Positions 12,123 through 26,375 of a stretch of 64,000 nt of DNA are shown piece by piece (position 1 is the stretch's first letter; every line of letters starts with the position of its first letter). This stretch comes from Torpedo marmorata (Eukaryota), in the NCBI GenBank assembly GCA_977017645.1, contig OZ360228.1, forward strand, positions 50,902,001 through 50,966,000, given 5' to 3'. Both the position numbers and the translations under genes were made by a program. The notes beneath the pieces are model-generated. The model did not search any database and was not told the DNA's origin. It saw only the letters and a program-made list of their open reading frames with translations.

Positions 12123-14049
12123 ACATTTGTTTTAGCTGGCTAACCCTTACTCAAATCACCATTTACGTTTATAGACCCACAGAGATTGCAGTAAGTTTGG
12201 TTCATCCAGATCGAAACTAAATGCAGCTTCCCAAGGGCTGATCAACAAATTGCTCAAAATCTGGAGCTGTCAAGCAGCTTGTCCAGAATTTGTGCTGACT
12301 TTTCATACCCAGCTAAAGTCAGGGTTAGATATAGAAAGGGTCCTCTGCTTTATAACTATACGGCTATGATGAATGGTTGGATCATTTTAGGCTTTTAAAT
12401 TTGATATTCCCAATAGAAACTTAATCTTCTGAAATTTGATCCATCCGTATCTAAGAACTTTGGCTTATGTGCTTCCTCTTCATGAGTCTCCCAAGAATCA
12501 GATGTACAATGCCCAAGCATGCAAATTTTCTTCATAATTTTAATTTTGTATTATTTTTTATTATATATATTATATAATATATATATAATTATATAAAATA
12601 ATTAATAACTTAATTCTAACTCCCATGCTTTCACTGATGTTAAATAGTTCCTGCTTAGCACAAGAACAAGCATTGCATTTCCGTCAAACAAAATTATATC
12701 AGACATAACATCTACATTTTTGAGGAAATAAACCAACAATGATCAGGTCCACCTTCTTCAGTGCTTTCTCTAAAGCTGCTGATAAAATGCAGCCATAATA
12801 ATAGCATGCAGTGACATCATACAAAATATACTATTATAATGGTACCCCGAATGACACCATGCTGGTTTGCAATTCCAAATTTATGTCATGATTATAGGAA
12901 TTCAAGATTGAATGTTACATATCCTACTGATTACTGGGATTATTGCTTGTCATTACTTTGGTGCTTTTTTCTGACTTCTGCTTTACTGTTGGCAAACTTT
13001 GGGATTCATGGCTGGAGATAAGTGTCACAAGTTTGAAGCTTTTCATCCAGGATAATCTGACAAGGATTTAAAACTGTTTCGGCAATAATTTGGATGTGGA
13101 ATTCCTGAAGCCTGTGGTGAGCTTTACACGGCCTAAGGTTCCTCATCACAATCACCACTCAGTTCATCTCTTAATTGTGCCTCTTGCACAAACATCTCTA
13201 CACTCACGGCCTCTGTCTATCACCATCTCTCTGATCCAGGTTTGTCTTGCATGCTGCTTTTTATATGGTGCCTCCATTCTCATTGACCAGCTCCTCTCTT
13301 CTGGTTCTGGCTCCTCATCAACCAGTGAACATAGAACCAGTTGGCAGCACCCTTGCCAACAGCTGGGGAAACATCATTCTCACCATATTGCCATCTTTGA
13401 AAGCGCAGGGTATTTATACATTCCAGCATTTTGACTTTGTTGCAATGGCTATGGTTATGGAATAAAGATTTCCAAGAACAAATTTGTACATTTTTGAGCA
13501 CATGCCAGATATCATTGAGTTTGCATAATAGTTAAAGATTGAAATAGTGTATATTGGCCAAGTTTTGCTGAATTTAATTTCAGTGCTGATTTCCCCCTCC
13601 TTTCCCCCACTATTCAAAGATGATCACTTGCTACAGTTTGTTGCCAAGTTCAACGCGTTGATCTCTGTTTGCCAACACTTACGCCAGAAGTACTGGCGTG
13701 AGCTTTTTGTAATTTTTCAGCCAAGTTTTTGAATATCAATGCAGTTACCACACTCACCATCGTGCACAGATTTAAGTTAGACTCCCTTAATCCCAGAAGT
13801 TCAAATTTACAACTTGGAAACAGATCATTCATCTCAAATTCCCCCTATGCTGCACACACTATAGCATCATTTTCATAGTCACTACCACCAGCATTTACAT
13901 AGCACCTTTCTTTTTGAATAATCACCAAGATACATCACATACATCTCTTTAGTTTCTCTCTGCACCTCTCTCCCACCCCATTTCTCATCCCATAATTTAA
14001 TAATTTTCATGTCAAACATATCTTCAATCTGTAGGATGGACATCTTCAC

Positions 14050-16522
14050 AAAATGGAGACACAAAAGGCTGCAGATGCTGGCATCAACTGTTACATTTCT
14101 CATCACATCAGGAGATTTCCCCTCCACAGCCTCCAATGTAATAATGCCCCAACCCCACACTGCCTGACTCTATCTTTTCGCTAAGATCCACAAATTGTTT
14201 CTGCCTGCCCTTGCACAACTTGTCAATTTTATCATTTTGGCCTGGTATGGGGGCACCAATACCTCTGAGCGGAAAGCCCTGTAAAAGGTAATGGACACAG
14301 CTCAGTACATCACAGGCAAAGCTGTACTCACCATCGAGAAAATCTACATGGAACGCTGTCGTCTGACAGCAGCAGCAATCATCAAGGATCCACACCACCC
14401 AGGACATGCTCTGTTCTCACTGCTGCCATCAGGAAAGAGGTATAGATGCCAGAAGACAGTTGCTATCACTCCACCATCTGACTCCTAAACAACAAACTCA
14501 ATCAGAGACTAATTTAAGGACTCTTACTTCGCACATTATTTATTATTGAATATTTATTTTCTGTATTACACAGTTTGTTTGCACTTCCTCCTTGTTTACA
14601 TTTCTCTCTTTTGCTTATGTATCTTTTTTTGAGTACAGTTTTATTTTGCACTACAGATAAGTATAAACTTTGCCTGGCCTGCTGGAAAAAGAATCTCAGG
14701 GTTGTACGTGATGTCACGTATGTACTCTGATAATAAATCTGAACTTTGAACTTTGGCCACCAACTTCCTAACCTCAAGTTCTCCTAGACTGTTTCTGACA
14801 CTTCACTTCCTTTCTGGATCATTGTGTCTTATTCACTGATGTATATCTCCTATAAATCCATGGAATCCACATCTAACTCAATGACATTTCCTCTCTCTCT
14901 CTCTTTCTCTCAAGGACCCTACTGTACCTTTTTCTCAGTTTCTCACTCTCCAATGCATCTGTTCTCAAGACGAGGCTTTTCAGTGTAGGATTTCTGAAAT
15001 ATCTTTCTTCTTCAGGAACTGTTGTAGTTGATAGGGCCCTCACACACATTTCCTCCATTTCCAGATGACTACTTTCAAAACGTTCCCCTCCCCACTCCCA
15101 AAAAAACACAGATGAGTAATTGCAGCATATTCTGTTTTGTTGTAAATTTCCAACATCTGCAGATTTTATTTAATTTTTCACTTCTTAAATTCACTACCAC
15201 CAAGAATGCCTAATCTGAAGAAGTTCTACTCTGCTCTCTTGCTTTGTTCACCCTCTGTAGTGTTTATTGCCCTTCCCATCTTTAATAAGGTCTTGCCCAA
15301 AACTAGAGATGCATCCTGTAAGTATTTCCAATGTTCTGTTTTTGTTTTATTTTACCAGCATCTGCATGTTTTATTGATTTTTCACACAAAAGATGTAAAG
15401 TTGCCCTGGTCCTCTCCTTTCAACCCCCATCAACCCGCACATCATCGCTCACCATTTCTGCCAGTTCCAACATGATCCTACCACTAGCCATATCTTCCCC
15501 TCTATCTCCCCTCTCTCTGTGACTTCCTGGTCTGTTCATCCCTTCCAAGCACCCTTCTATTGGCCTGGCACTTCCCCCAGCAAACGTAGGAGGTGCAACA
15601 TTTATACCTACACCTCCTTCCTCACCACCATCCAGGGATTTAAACAGCCCTTCCATGTGAGGCAGAGACTCGGGTGCACCACCTCATAGCTGGGCTCTTG
15701 CATTCATTGTGCACAATGTGGCCTTCCCCACATTAGTGAGACCAAGTGTAGTTTAGGTCACCATTTTGCAGAGCACCTGCACTCTGTCAAAAGAGGCCAT
15801 CCTGAGCTTTTGGCTGCAGGTTATTTCAACTCCCCTTTACCTTCCCACACTGATATGTCTGTCCTCAGCCTTCTCCACTGCCAATGGTGAGGCCAAATGA
15901 AAATCAGAAGAACAACATCTCATATTCCATGTGGGTAGTCTGCACCCCAATGGAATTAAAACTGAATTTTCCACACCCTTGTATTCCTTTCCCACTCCCA
16001 CCTATCCACTCAGGTTCACTCTCCCTTTGTTCACCTTTTCCATCCCTCTCCTCATTGCTATCAATACATTCCTCTCCCCCACCTGGTTTCAACTGCCCAT
16101 CACCCACATACCTATCTACTAGATTTCTTCTCCACTGTAGTCCATTAAAGTGCTGGAGAAACACAGCAGGTCACGCAACATCAGTAGGAAGTAAAAGACA
16201 GTTGACTTTTCTCCATTCGTTCACTTTTCCTATCCACTCCCCCACTTGCTGGCTCCATCTGTCTATCATCCCTCCCTTGCCTGGTTCCACCTATCACCCA
16301 CCCACCCTCCCTCATCGCCCATCCAGCTCCATCTGGCCATCATCCCCCCACTCTCCCCCTTGAAAATCTGGATCCACCTATCACCTACCAGTTTCATCCC
16401 TCCCTTTCACCTCTTTATACTGGTTGTCTTCACTCTGCACAGATACAGGGTCTCGACTGGATACATTCGCCATCCCTTCACTTCTACAGATGCTGCCTTA
16501 CCTGCTGAATTCTTCCAGCAGT
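14050..16522 (+). mobile_element. Old fragmented Penelope-like element(s): RT, GIY-YIG and 3' terminus remnants
   Basis: Decayed homology to the young PLE copies (LITSGDFPSTASN...KIHK near 14100; LPFL and GETK...LGHHFAEHL-like blocks; C-rich 3' region and cctgctgaattcttccagca end); many stops and indels. Confidence 0.75.
14243..14751 (+). mobile_element. Rex1/Babar-type LINE 3' fragment inserted in the old PLE
   Basis: Peptide AAAIIKDPHHPGHALFSLLPSGKRYR, aataaa plus (tgaact)n tail, and direct repeat tttggcc at 14236-14242 and 14752-14758. Confidence 0.85.
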
Positions 16523-16790
16523 AAACACGAAAATCTGTAGACACTGTGGATGAAGTAAAAAACACAAATGCTGGAGAACTCAGCAGGTCAAACAGTGTCT
16601 TTTATGTAGCAAAGGTAGAAATACATAACCGACATTTCGGGCTTGAGCCCTTCATCAAAGTATGAGAAAATGCCGGCATTTTCTCATACTTTGATGAAGG
16701 GCTCAAGCCCGAAACGTCGGTTATGTATTTCTACCTTTGCTACATAAAAACACTGTTTGACCTGCTGAGTTCTCCAGCATTTGTGTTTTT
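16523..16790. mobile_element. Young palindromic PLE-terminus insertion (near-perfect ~115-bp arms, no loop) with 16-bp TSD
   Basis: Symmetry centre tgcc|ggca at 16674/16675; arms nearly identical to the 3' end of PLE 29537-31065; TSD GAATTCTTCCAGCAGT at 16507-16522 and 16791-16806. Confidence 0.93.
16685..16725 (+). ncRNA. Minimal type I hammerhead ribozyme motif (PLE-associated, C3U variant)
   Basis: CAUACU-UUGAUGA-A-GGGC(UCAA)GCCC-GAAA-CG-UC-GGUUAUG shows the core boxes, 4-bp stem II, palindromic ACGU stem III and GUC triplet; mirror copy on the minus strand at 16624-16664. Confidence 0.75.
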
Positions 16791-19700
16791 GAATTCTTCC
16801 AGCAGTTTGTTATTTGCTTCTTCACAAAGTGTTATCTTGTCACCATATGAAAGGGATGCCTTGTCATAGGCAAACATCAGACCCGTGGATTTTCATTATG
16901 TTGAAGTTCCAACTATGTCCAAACCAAGATCATGAGCAATCCAGACCATTAAGGCTGGGCTGTAATCCATTTGGTACTTGTAAAGGAATTTATGATCTTA
17001 TTTCAATAAGTAAAAGTTGCAAACAGTATTATTGGGAGTATTCTATTGATAGGACTAAGACATTTTTTTACTGAAGCTGGCTTGGTGGTGATGTTTTGAT
17101 CCTTTTAGTTGACAGTCCGTTGTTCTGTTGTAGTACTGGGTTCTTTCTTTGATGAGCTGTATGCAAAGATTTCCAATGGAATGCCTTGTAACCACTGACA
17201 TGAGATTATTCATGTGGAAACCACTCATCTATTTGTGGTTTCTGCACGCTTTTCTATGAAATTAAGATAAGTGGGTTCCTTGTGTGCATGACTTGTAAAC
17301 AAAAATAATTAACCTTCTTTCTAGGAAAGAGTTTGATCTACAGTCAATACATAAACAAATCAAGTTCAATTTCTGGAGTATATTAACCATCTCCAGATAA
17401 AGTTTGCTTCCAGATAAAGTTTGCTGTGTGAGTATTTATCCTGTTTTACAGTCCATGGACATGCTGAAATCACAGCTCCTGAACTCTCAGCCAGGATACT
17501 TATGTTTGCTGTGTTCTGCTGGCATGTAATAACTCGATCTGCTTCGAGCGGACAAAATATATTAAAAGTATGGAAGAGTGAAGTTTGTGCCCCAGGGAGA
17601 AGGAGAGATAATGCATTGAAATTGTTCAGAGGTAGTTAGATGCCTAATGGTCTAATATGTGAGCTATGTGAGGTCCACTGTCTGACTCTCATAAATTCTG
17701 GCTACACAACACCAGTAATTTAAGGGACAAGATGGAGCTGTCATCTCTAGTCATCAGTTCTCGGGATCTATTATGCTGATTCCTTCTTTTAAGTGTTTTT
17801 TTATCAGTTTTGTTTAAATTGAGGAGCAGTAGGTGGTTTAAGATGGTCTATTTTTTCCCTCTCTGTAGATAATCTTTCCATTGCACCTTTTTTTATTCCA
17901 ATTGGTGGAGAGAAAGGCACTTAACATGAGTTTTGTTGGAAGCCACAAAGTGTCCCTGTTCAATTGCATGCGCAGAGTGCATTTTAAACATGGTTGTAAG
18001 GGACGGTTACGCTTATACACCCTCTATTTGTTCTGTTGTTGCCCTAGTGAATTTGCTACTTAGACTGAATTAGCAGTTTCTGTAAAATTGGCAGAGTTCC
18101 ACCATATATTTAGTATTGGTATGGTGTGAAAGATCGTACCACATGAACATCAAACGTGCAGCGTAACTGGGACACAAGGTAATTGGTTGTAATCAATTAT
18201 GCACAGTGCATTTTAATCTTCATCTGAGTTTGGGACCAAGTATGCTGGCAAAGAATTTTGTCATGCAGAGTAAAATGTATTTCAAGTATGATTATTTGTT
18301 AAGATTGTAAGTGGAAACTTTTAGCATTCAGTGAGTAAATTACATTCTAATAATTTTTCACATGAAGCACTTGTTTTACAAATCCTTACTACAAAGTTTT
18401 GATTACTTTGTGGAATAAAGAACCCAAGATGTTAGGCCAATTTCCTTTGCTTGTGTAATGTAGAATTTGCTCGAATTATCTAGATTTGTCTCTGCCAAGA
18501 CTATCTGGTTTACAATGTGTGCACAAGCCATTAAATTGGTGTTGATGTTTATTCAGAGGACTTGCTGATTGTAGATACTATACATTTCCATGAATCTATT
18601 TGTAGAATATCACGTATATTCAGTAAAAAAATACAATTTGTGAGGGGTGGAAGGGCAACAAGTGGGTGTTTGAATCTCCTCATGTTAAACATATATTAGC
18701 ACATCGGGAAATGACAAAAACTTAACATCACTGATTGATTTCAGTATAATGCCTTCAACATATCAGCTCAAAATCTGGCAGACCACAGGCTCAACTTGGA
18801 AAGCAAATTGATGAAAAAACATTGCTCTAGTCCTGCACCAACTCAGTGAACATAAATTAATGGTGTACCAAACCAGCATCTGGCTAGAAGCCAGAGGAAA
18901 ACAGCAGCGAAGCCAGCTATTGTTGAGGGGGCAGCAACTGTTTTCTGTGGGGGAACCCTGTTCATTGTAACATTATACAGCTACTGGCTTATGATCCTGG
19001 CCTTTGAAGTGAAAGAAATGATAACTGTTTTACTCATCTAGACACACCATCATGATGGCCTTTCACTGGAGCTTCCATAATTGTTTTTGTGCAACTTGTT
19101 AGCTCTGGTGAAGCAGCAAGCAAGTAAAGCTATTTGCTGCAGTTTGAATGCCTGTGCTTTGCTCTCTCTCCATGTTTAGTAGTACACGTCTGTGAGCCCA
19201 AGTGAGTCATGCAGCATTCCTGCCTATTTTGGCTGTTGTCAGGAAGTAGTAACACTGAGATCCCCATCCAGTGCAGCTTAAATTGACTGCACAATTAATC
19301 TTGTGTGAAAAATTTCCAATGTGGATCCAGTAGAAATTATTTGGTATAAAATAGCAAGCTAGCAAGAAAACTAAGGGGAGGAGTTTAGAATTTGTAACAG
19401 AATTAGTATCTGGTTAAAATACATACCGTACCTTGTGTCGCTACCATTTCACACCTCTGTGAAAGCTTCATCAGTGCAGAGTGGTTTCAGGACAGCCAAA
19501 CCTATGACCTGTGTCCTTAATTCACCACAGTCTGGTTCCACAGTGATGAAGTGATCCATCATCATTGTTACTATATTCTAGCATGTATTCCACTGGGAAA
19601 CCTCAATTGCTACAGGATGGCTATGCCAGAAATGACTGAATTAGATATTTCAAATGGCAATATACATAACGTAACTGCATTACCTGAAGATGCCTTCCTT

Positions 19701-20489
19701 CTCCTATAATAGTTAGTCCTGGTTTTATACTGACACTTTCTTGTCATCTGTACTAGCTTCAATGCAGAAAGAGCTAATATTGATAGATTGGATGGAAAAG
19801 GGAAATGCATGTTTTAACAACCCATAATAACCAGTATATTTGTGGCTGCAGTCTTTAGCCACTAGAGGTTTACTAAGAAATGGTTCCAAAACATGTAGTT
19901 CACCCATTCAAAATTATCATATAAGCCTTTTGGTTTCACTCCCTACTCTTACCGCAAAACATCTTTGTTGTTTTTATGAACCATCAATTATCTTCATTAC
20001 TGAGTGTAAAGTAAAGGACAATCACATTGTTTAGATGAATTCTGGTGTTAGGAAGCATATTTATCACTGTGGCATAGTGCAGCACCTGACAGCCAAGGAT
20101 TGATGACCAAGAGCAGTCCAAGAGGCTAAGGCAGCCTTATACAATGCAAATTACCAACTGTGAATTTAGATTCATCCTATTCATTTCATTCGCCTCTGCT
20201 GAAAACTATTAGTGGTTTAGTAGTAGCAAGGGGTCATTACTAATATGGACAAGGTAAGATGAGGAAAGCCTCCTGCAATTACACAGCTTTCAAAAGGGCT
20301 GGAGGCTGATCCAAAAAAGTGTCAACACCCAGCAATCAAAATAATTTATTTCATTTAAAAAATCCATATTAGATGAGAATTACTTTCTTTCCTTGCAGAG
20401 ATTTTTTTTTAATGAAACACTGTCCTTCTGTAGTCAGAGTGAATTTAATCATTGCCAGCTTTTGTTTTGTGCTTCCAAGCTTCTCATGA

Positions 20490-20591
<102 letters not shown>

Positions 20592-23104
20592 TGAGTGACT
20601 TACCCCTGCTTTTTATTCCCTCCTCTGAAGGGGTGTTTTGCTGGAACTTCACCCCCTTTTTGGGAGTGGCAAGACTATTTAGCACACAAACAATGTGGTA
20701 AGCTGGGTGGAAGGTTCTGCATTGTCCAATTTCAAAATTGTATTTAGAATAGTATATAGATTTTCCTTTTTTTATCATATTTTTTAAAAAAAAGTATACA
20801 TTTTTTCCCATTTTACATGTGTGATACGATGGATTACTGCCACAGCAGTATTACTAGTTGTCCCTTTGTAGATGGCTTAACACATAAGTTTGAATGGTAG
20901 TAGGGGAGATGTGGGGAGGTTGGATTAAATGAAATGATCACAGTACCAAAGAAATGATACAGGAATTACTTATCAAAATACTGGGCCAGGCTTTATCTGC
21001 AGCTTAATTTTGTTCAGTACATTCTCGGGTGATGTTCAGATTAATTGAACTGACAGTTTCCTTTCAAAATTCAGGGAAGGTATTTGCACGGATTTCAGGT
21101 CTTATACAAACTTAATTACATGGAACCCCATTTNNNNNNNNNNNNNNNNNNNNNNNNNNNNNNNNNNNNNNNNNNNNNNNNNNNNNNNNNNNNNNNNNNN
21201 NNNNNNNNNNNNNNNNNNNNNNNNNNNNNNNNNNNNNNNNNNNNNNNNNNNNNNNNNNNNNNNNNNNNNNNNNNNNNNNNNNNNNNNNNTTTATCGGACT
21301 CCGAGCCTGNNNNNNNNNNNNNNNNNNNNNNNNNNNNNNNNNNNNNNNNNNNNNNNNNNNNNNNNNNNNNNNNNNNNNNNNNNNNNNNNNNNNNNNNNNN
21401 NNNNNNNNNNNNNNNNNNNNNNNNNNNNNNNNNNNNNNNNNNNNNNNNNNNNNNNNNNNNNNNNNNNNNNNNNNNNNNNNNNNNNNNNNNNNNNNNNNNN
21501 NNNNNNNNNNNNNNNNNNNNNNNNNNNNNNNNNNNNNNNNNNNNNNNNNNNNNNNNNNNNNNNNNNNNCTAGCACTATGTAAAAGGCAATGTGCCTAGCT
21601 ACAGAGCAGAAAATTGAGTTGCTTACATTCTGTCAGGCTGACTTATGCAGAAATAAACCTATTGTATTTCAGATAAAAAAATACTGAATTGTTTCTTATC
21701 AAAATTACACATTTTCATGAAATTCAATAATTGTATCTGAATTTGAAATGGTGTCATGAAACCAACGAGTTTGGTATCATTTAAAACTATTGCTGAAATA
21801 GAGTATTTTAATTTTGCCAGTTCATATTATGCTAGATCTGGTATATTTTGTATTAAATTAATAATTTAATATTTCCTAAAGATCTGACAATGTTTAGATG
21901 TCAGCCACTCAAACATCAGAAGCTTCACAGCTATCAACCGACATTGTTATTTTTGAAACAAGAATTAGATGTACAGTATAGATTACCAGGCTGAAAGTTA
22001 AAGGTGATGCAAGGGTCTACATCTGTAAACACTGGACATGTGGTATCAAGTGCTAGATCAAGTTCCCATTAGACATCATAAAATATGTCCACTTCTTTTA
22101 AAAATGGAAAGAGGCTACTAAATAGCTAAAAAAATATCCAAATTAAGTTCTTGTTTCCCAAGCTGAAGAGTGTTTTGCAGAAGTGCTCCGATCAATTTGA
22201 ACAGCTTTCTTATATGGTATCAGGCAATGAATGGTCAATGTCCATGGACTGATGCAGTCGTTTTTAGTTTCAAGCAGCCTGATGAAAGGGGATGCTGAAT
22301 CATTCCTTTGTCTCAGCAGCACAATCAAGGCTTGGAGGGGTCAGAACGAAGCTCTGTTTTGGTATAGCAAGTGGCGCATCATTCGCAGACAGCTGAAGTC
22401 ATGTTTGCATTCACTTAATTTTCAGTTGTTAGTAGCAATAAAAAAAGGAATATCGCGGAAATATTCAGGATAAAGTGGTTAGAAATGTTGCAAAGGCATC
22501 TGAGCAATAATAAAGAGCAAGATAAAATACTACTTTATGAATAATGGACTGCATTTTTACCTTTTCTTTTGTTTCAGTTCTAAATTTAGAAAGATTTACT
22601 TAATTCTCTGGGGTGTGCTCAGTTAGGTGATTTTTAGTACGATATGGGTTTTAAATCACATGATACCTGAAGACTGAGGTTTTCCTCTGTAGTGTCAAAT
22701 TACTGTTTCTTTTTAAGTTTATCTGATTGTTGTGAAAACATCTTTGGATTCAGTTGTGACTCATGGGAAAATATTGTGGTGGCTTTTGGCAAGAATCAGT
22801 GTTTAATGCCATATGGTGTGACATTTATCTTATCCTTTTTGATGAATAATGACAGACACAAAATTTTGCATTAAAATACAGATACAGTTTATCTTTGTGG
22901 GTTATGCATTGTCTTCTATGGAGTGTAAGCAGCATATCATGCAACTGAAAATTTTAAAAAGCTTGCAATTTTATTTGTCTCTGTTATTGCTAACATAATT
23001 GATAATTCTCTAAATGAGTTGTGCATGATGTGGAGATAGAATATTTTATTTATTGATTATATATTTGCATATCCTTAATTTCCCATTGGTAAGTGTGCTC
23101 ACAG

Positions 23105-23370
23105 AGAGCTGTTGGGAAGGGAGTTACAGAATTTTGACCCAAGCAATGTAGGTCAAGATGGTAAGTGACTTGAGCAATTTAGAGGCAGTAGATTTTTCAT
23201 GTGCCTGTTGCCCTTTTCCTTCTAGATGGTAGATGTTGTTGATTTGGTTGGTGCTGTTAAAAAAGGCACAGTGAGTTGCTTCAGTGCATCTTATAGATGT
23301 TGTGCATTCATCCCTCGTGCACCAATGATAGAGGAAATGAATGTTGGATAGTGTGCCAATCAAGTGAACG
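23105..23370 (-). mobile_element. Old LINE remnant (CR1/L2-like)
   Basis: gagctgttgggaagggagttacagaattttgaccc...gcccttttccttctagatggtag resembles common elasmobranch LINE remnants; no ORF. Confidence 0.35.
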
Positions 23371-24647
23371 TAACTGCAGTATTTATCAGCCTCGTACTCA
23401 CACATGCTGATGGTTGATAATTTAACTTATGAGTTTACCTTTCACCTCTATATGATTTTAATTAATATTTAATTTACTTTAAATTTGTCATAAGTGAAGA
23501 AACTGAAGATATTTACAATAAAACATTACTTTAAAATTTAATATATTTAATAGTTTTTTGCTATCTTCATTGGCAATTTGAAATCACTTTAGTTCATTAT
23601 AAACATAAAAAAGTCCCATCTTATCTTCACAACATATTATAATAGAGGGTAGAAATTAATAGCCAAATTTTTCTAGATCCTTTTTATTCTGCCCTAACAG
23701 TAGAATCTTCCCACTTCTTCAGTAGAATTACATTATCAATTATATAAAAATGAACAATGATTGTTATTACCCAATCATTGCTAAAATATGGCTACCACTT
23801 CAATATTAATAGATGGTTACTGAAAGGATATATCAAATAATTAGCATTGAAAGACGGTAATAAGTAGCTTATTAAAATCCATGTGAAGGATTTCTGACCT
23901 TAGTGCTCTGAAGAATACATATCACATGACAGCGAAGTCATCTTGCAATATAAGCACCCTCCTTGTGCTCCCTGTTGGATCACCTGCCTATGACATTTAA
24001 TAAGCTATATGTATGATTTATTGTGTGCCCTTTTGACAAGATCTGAAAACTGAAATGTTATAGTCCTTGCTGGCATCCAGTACTGCTTTCATTATACACT
24101 CATCTAATGGAAGTGTTACATTTAGTCAAATGGATTATACGTAGAGCTGCGCAGATCTTGCACATCCCCTGTAGTCATTGTTCAGAGCATAATAAAATTA
24201 TGCTATCAATTTGCTATGAGAGGAACACTAGAGTTCAGTGACTTATACCCCAGTGTGTTTATACAGAAATCTGCTACATCTCCAACTTCTGATGATGCAA
24301 ACAGCACATGGATTTCATTTACTAACTTTTGAAGAGCAACTACAGAACTAGCCAAGTCGGAAGCCAATATAGAGTGAGGCATGCCGCAAAAGGTTATAAA
24401 CAACTGCCCTAATTCTACACTAGTGTCTTGTGTGACCTGAAGGCACTTGGGAAAATTGAAACATTGTGCCGGTGATATGATTGGCCTCATTTTAATAATG
24501 CCAATTGACAGCTAAATAGGGGTTTGTATTGTTGTTGGGTTGCTGTGCTGAGGTGAAGGGTTATCCTTGACTTTTTATGAGGATGTTGTAGCAACAAGTA
24601 ACTATTACTTTTCTTTTAAATAACACTCTTGATATGATACTGATAAT

Positions 24648-25043
24648 AATGATGAGTTTATTGTCATATACATTGTACAGTGTACACATGCACTGAAATT
24701 CTTACTTGCTGCAGCTGAAAAGGTACTTGTTAAAAAGAACAACTACTAAAACAACTAAATAAACAACTACAATAGTATACTTAATTGAATTAAAAAGATA
24801 ATATATCACAAAAATAGATAGATAATAAATATTCACAGTTATCCTTGTGCAAAAAGGTAACTCGGCAATAGTGCAGACTGTCCTTTTATGGTGTTGGAGC
24901 AGTCTCTGATTAGTGTAACAAGGGGAGGTTCGAGAGCCTGACAGCGCTTAGAAAGAAACTGTTCTTGAACCTAGAGCTGCTCGTCTTCTGGCCTCTGTAC
25001 CTTCTGCCTGAAGGTAGCAGTGAAAAGATGTTGTGACCAGAGT
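24648..25043 (-). mobile_element. Rex1/Babar-type LINE 3' fragment
   Basis: tttattgtcat tail and ctgtaccttctgcctgaaggtagcagtgaaaag (FSLLPSGRRYR on minus); imperfect flanking repeat tgatatgat. Confidence 0.75.
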
Positions 25044-25790
25044 GATATGATGCTAATCATTGCTTTGAGAATAGCAATTGTAGTGTTGATCTAGAATAAA
25101 AAAGGTTTCTGTTCCAATCTTCTCTGGAATTGACATGATTAAAGTAGTTTTTTTTCAGAACTTGTAGCATCTGATCTTAGACAGGTCAGATGACTACTAT
25201 GTTCTATTGCATCTCTCAAGCATTGCTATTTTTTAAAATCTTTGCTGCATCCTGCCAACTATTGCTGATGTGTGCTGAAATTTGATCTATACCAAGCTTC
25301 CTCATGAAAGTACTTGCTCTCCATTCGTGAAACTCAGACCTTTTCTGTATTTGAATATGTTAGTGAAAAGTGGCTGGCAATTTAACCGAAAGACTAATGA
25401 TAAGTGACCAGATAATTTATTGGTTGAGGGATACATTTGGCCAGTTTACTAGAGGAACTCTATTCCCTGTTTTGGAAAATCTTTAACTCTGAAATTTTGT
25501 AAATTCCACCTGTGATCTTTATATGATCAAATCCATATCCTTGCATCTGAGCCTAAGATCAACAGCTCGTAAGGAAATAGCCAATCATTTTCATTGTGAT
25601 GGTTTATCCATCAATGAGTTATTACTGCCATTGCTAGCCAGAAATCTGAGACCAGATAAAACACACAACTTCATCTTTCACCCTCTTTTTTCCAAACCCC
25701 AGGCTCTTAAGTTAACTGCTTGAATGAAGGGAAGTCGTAGATGAGCCAAACATTCTATCCAAAGTAGTGCACCACATAGTCTGTTGTCTT

Positions 25791-26375
25791 CAGAATCAGA
25801 ATTTATTGTCATGAACATGTCATGAAATTCATTGTTTTGTGGCAGGATTACAGGTGCAAATATTGCAATACATTTCAAAATAAATAAATGAGTGCAAAAG
25901 AAGAGAAAGTGAGGTAGTATCTGTGATTCATTGTCCATTCAGAAATCTGATGGCAGAGGGGAAGAAGCTGACCTTGTGCCACTGGATGTTCATCTTCAGG
26001 CTCCTGTACCTCCTTCCCGATGGTAGCAGTGTGAAGAAGGCATGACCTGGGTGGTGGGGGTCCTTGAGGATAGAGGATGCTTTCTTAAGACACCACCTCT
26101 TGTAAATGTCCTCGATGGAGTGGAGATTGATGCCTGTGATGGCACTGGCTGAGTTCACAACTGTCTGTAGTTTTTTCTTGTCCTGTGCTTTGGCACCTCC
26201 ATACCAGACAGTGATGCAACCGGTCAGAATGTTCTCCACAGTACACTTGTAGAAATCTGTAAGAATCTTTGGTGACATACCAAATCTCCTCAAACTCCTC
26301 ATGAAGTATAGCCGCTGGTGAGCCTTCTTCGTGATTGCATCAACATGGAGGCTCCAGGACAGATCTTTGGATGTT
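25791..26375 (-). mobile_element. Rex1/Babar-type LINE 3' fragment
   Basis: ORF 25928-26452 contains KKAHQRLYFMRSLRRF...SILKDPHHPGHAFFTLLPSGRRYRSLK...SFFPSAIRFLN; (ttctga)n tail. Confidence 0.9.

Noticed and set aside
21115-21580. Possible Tigger-like MITE around the double N run
   Set aside because: Only a short TIR-like start and a 20-nt island are visible, which is not enough to call.
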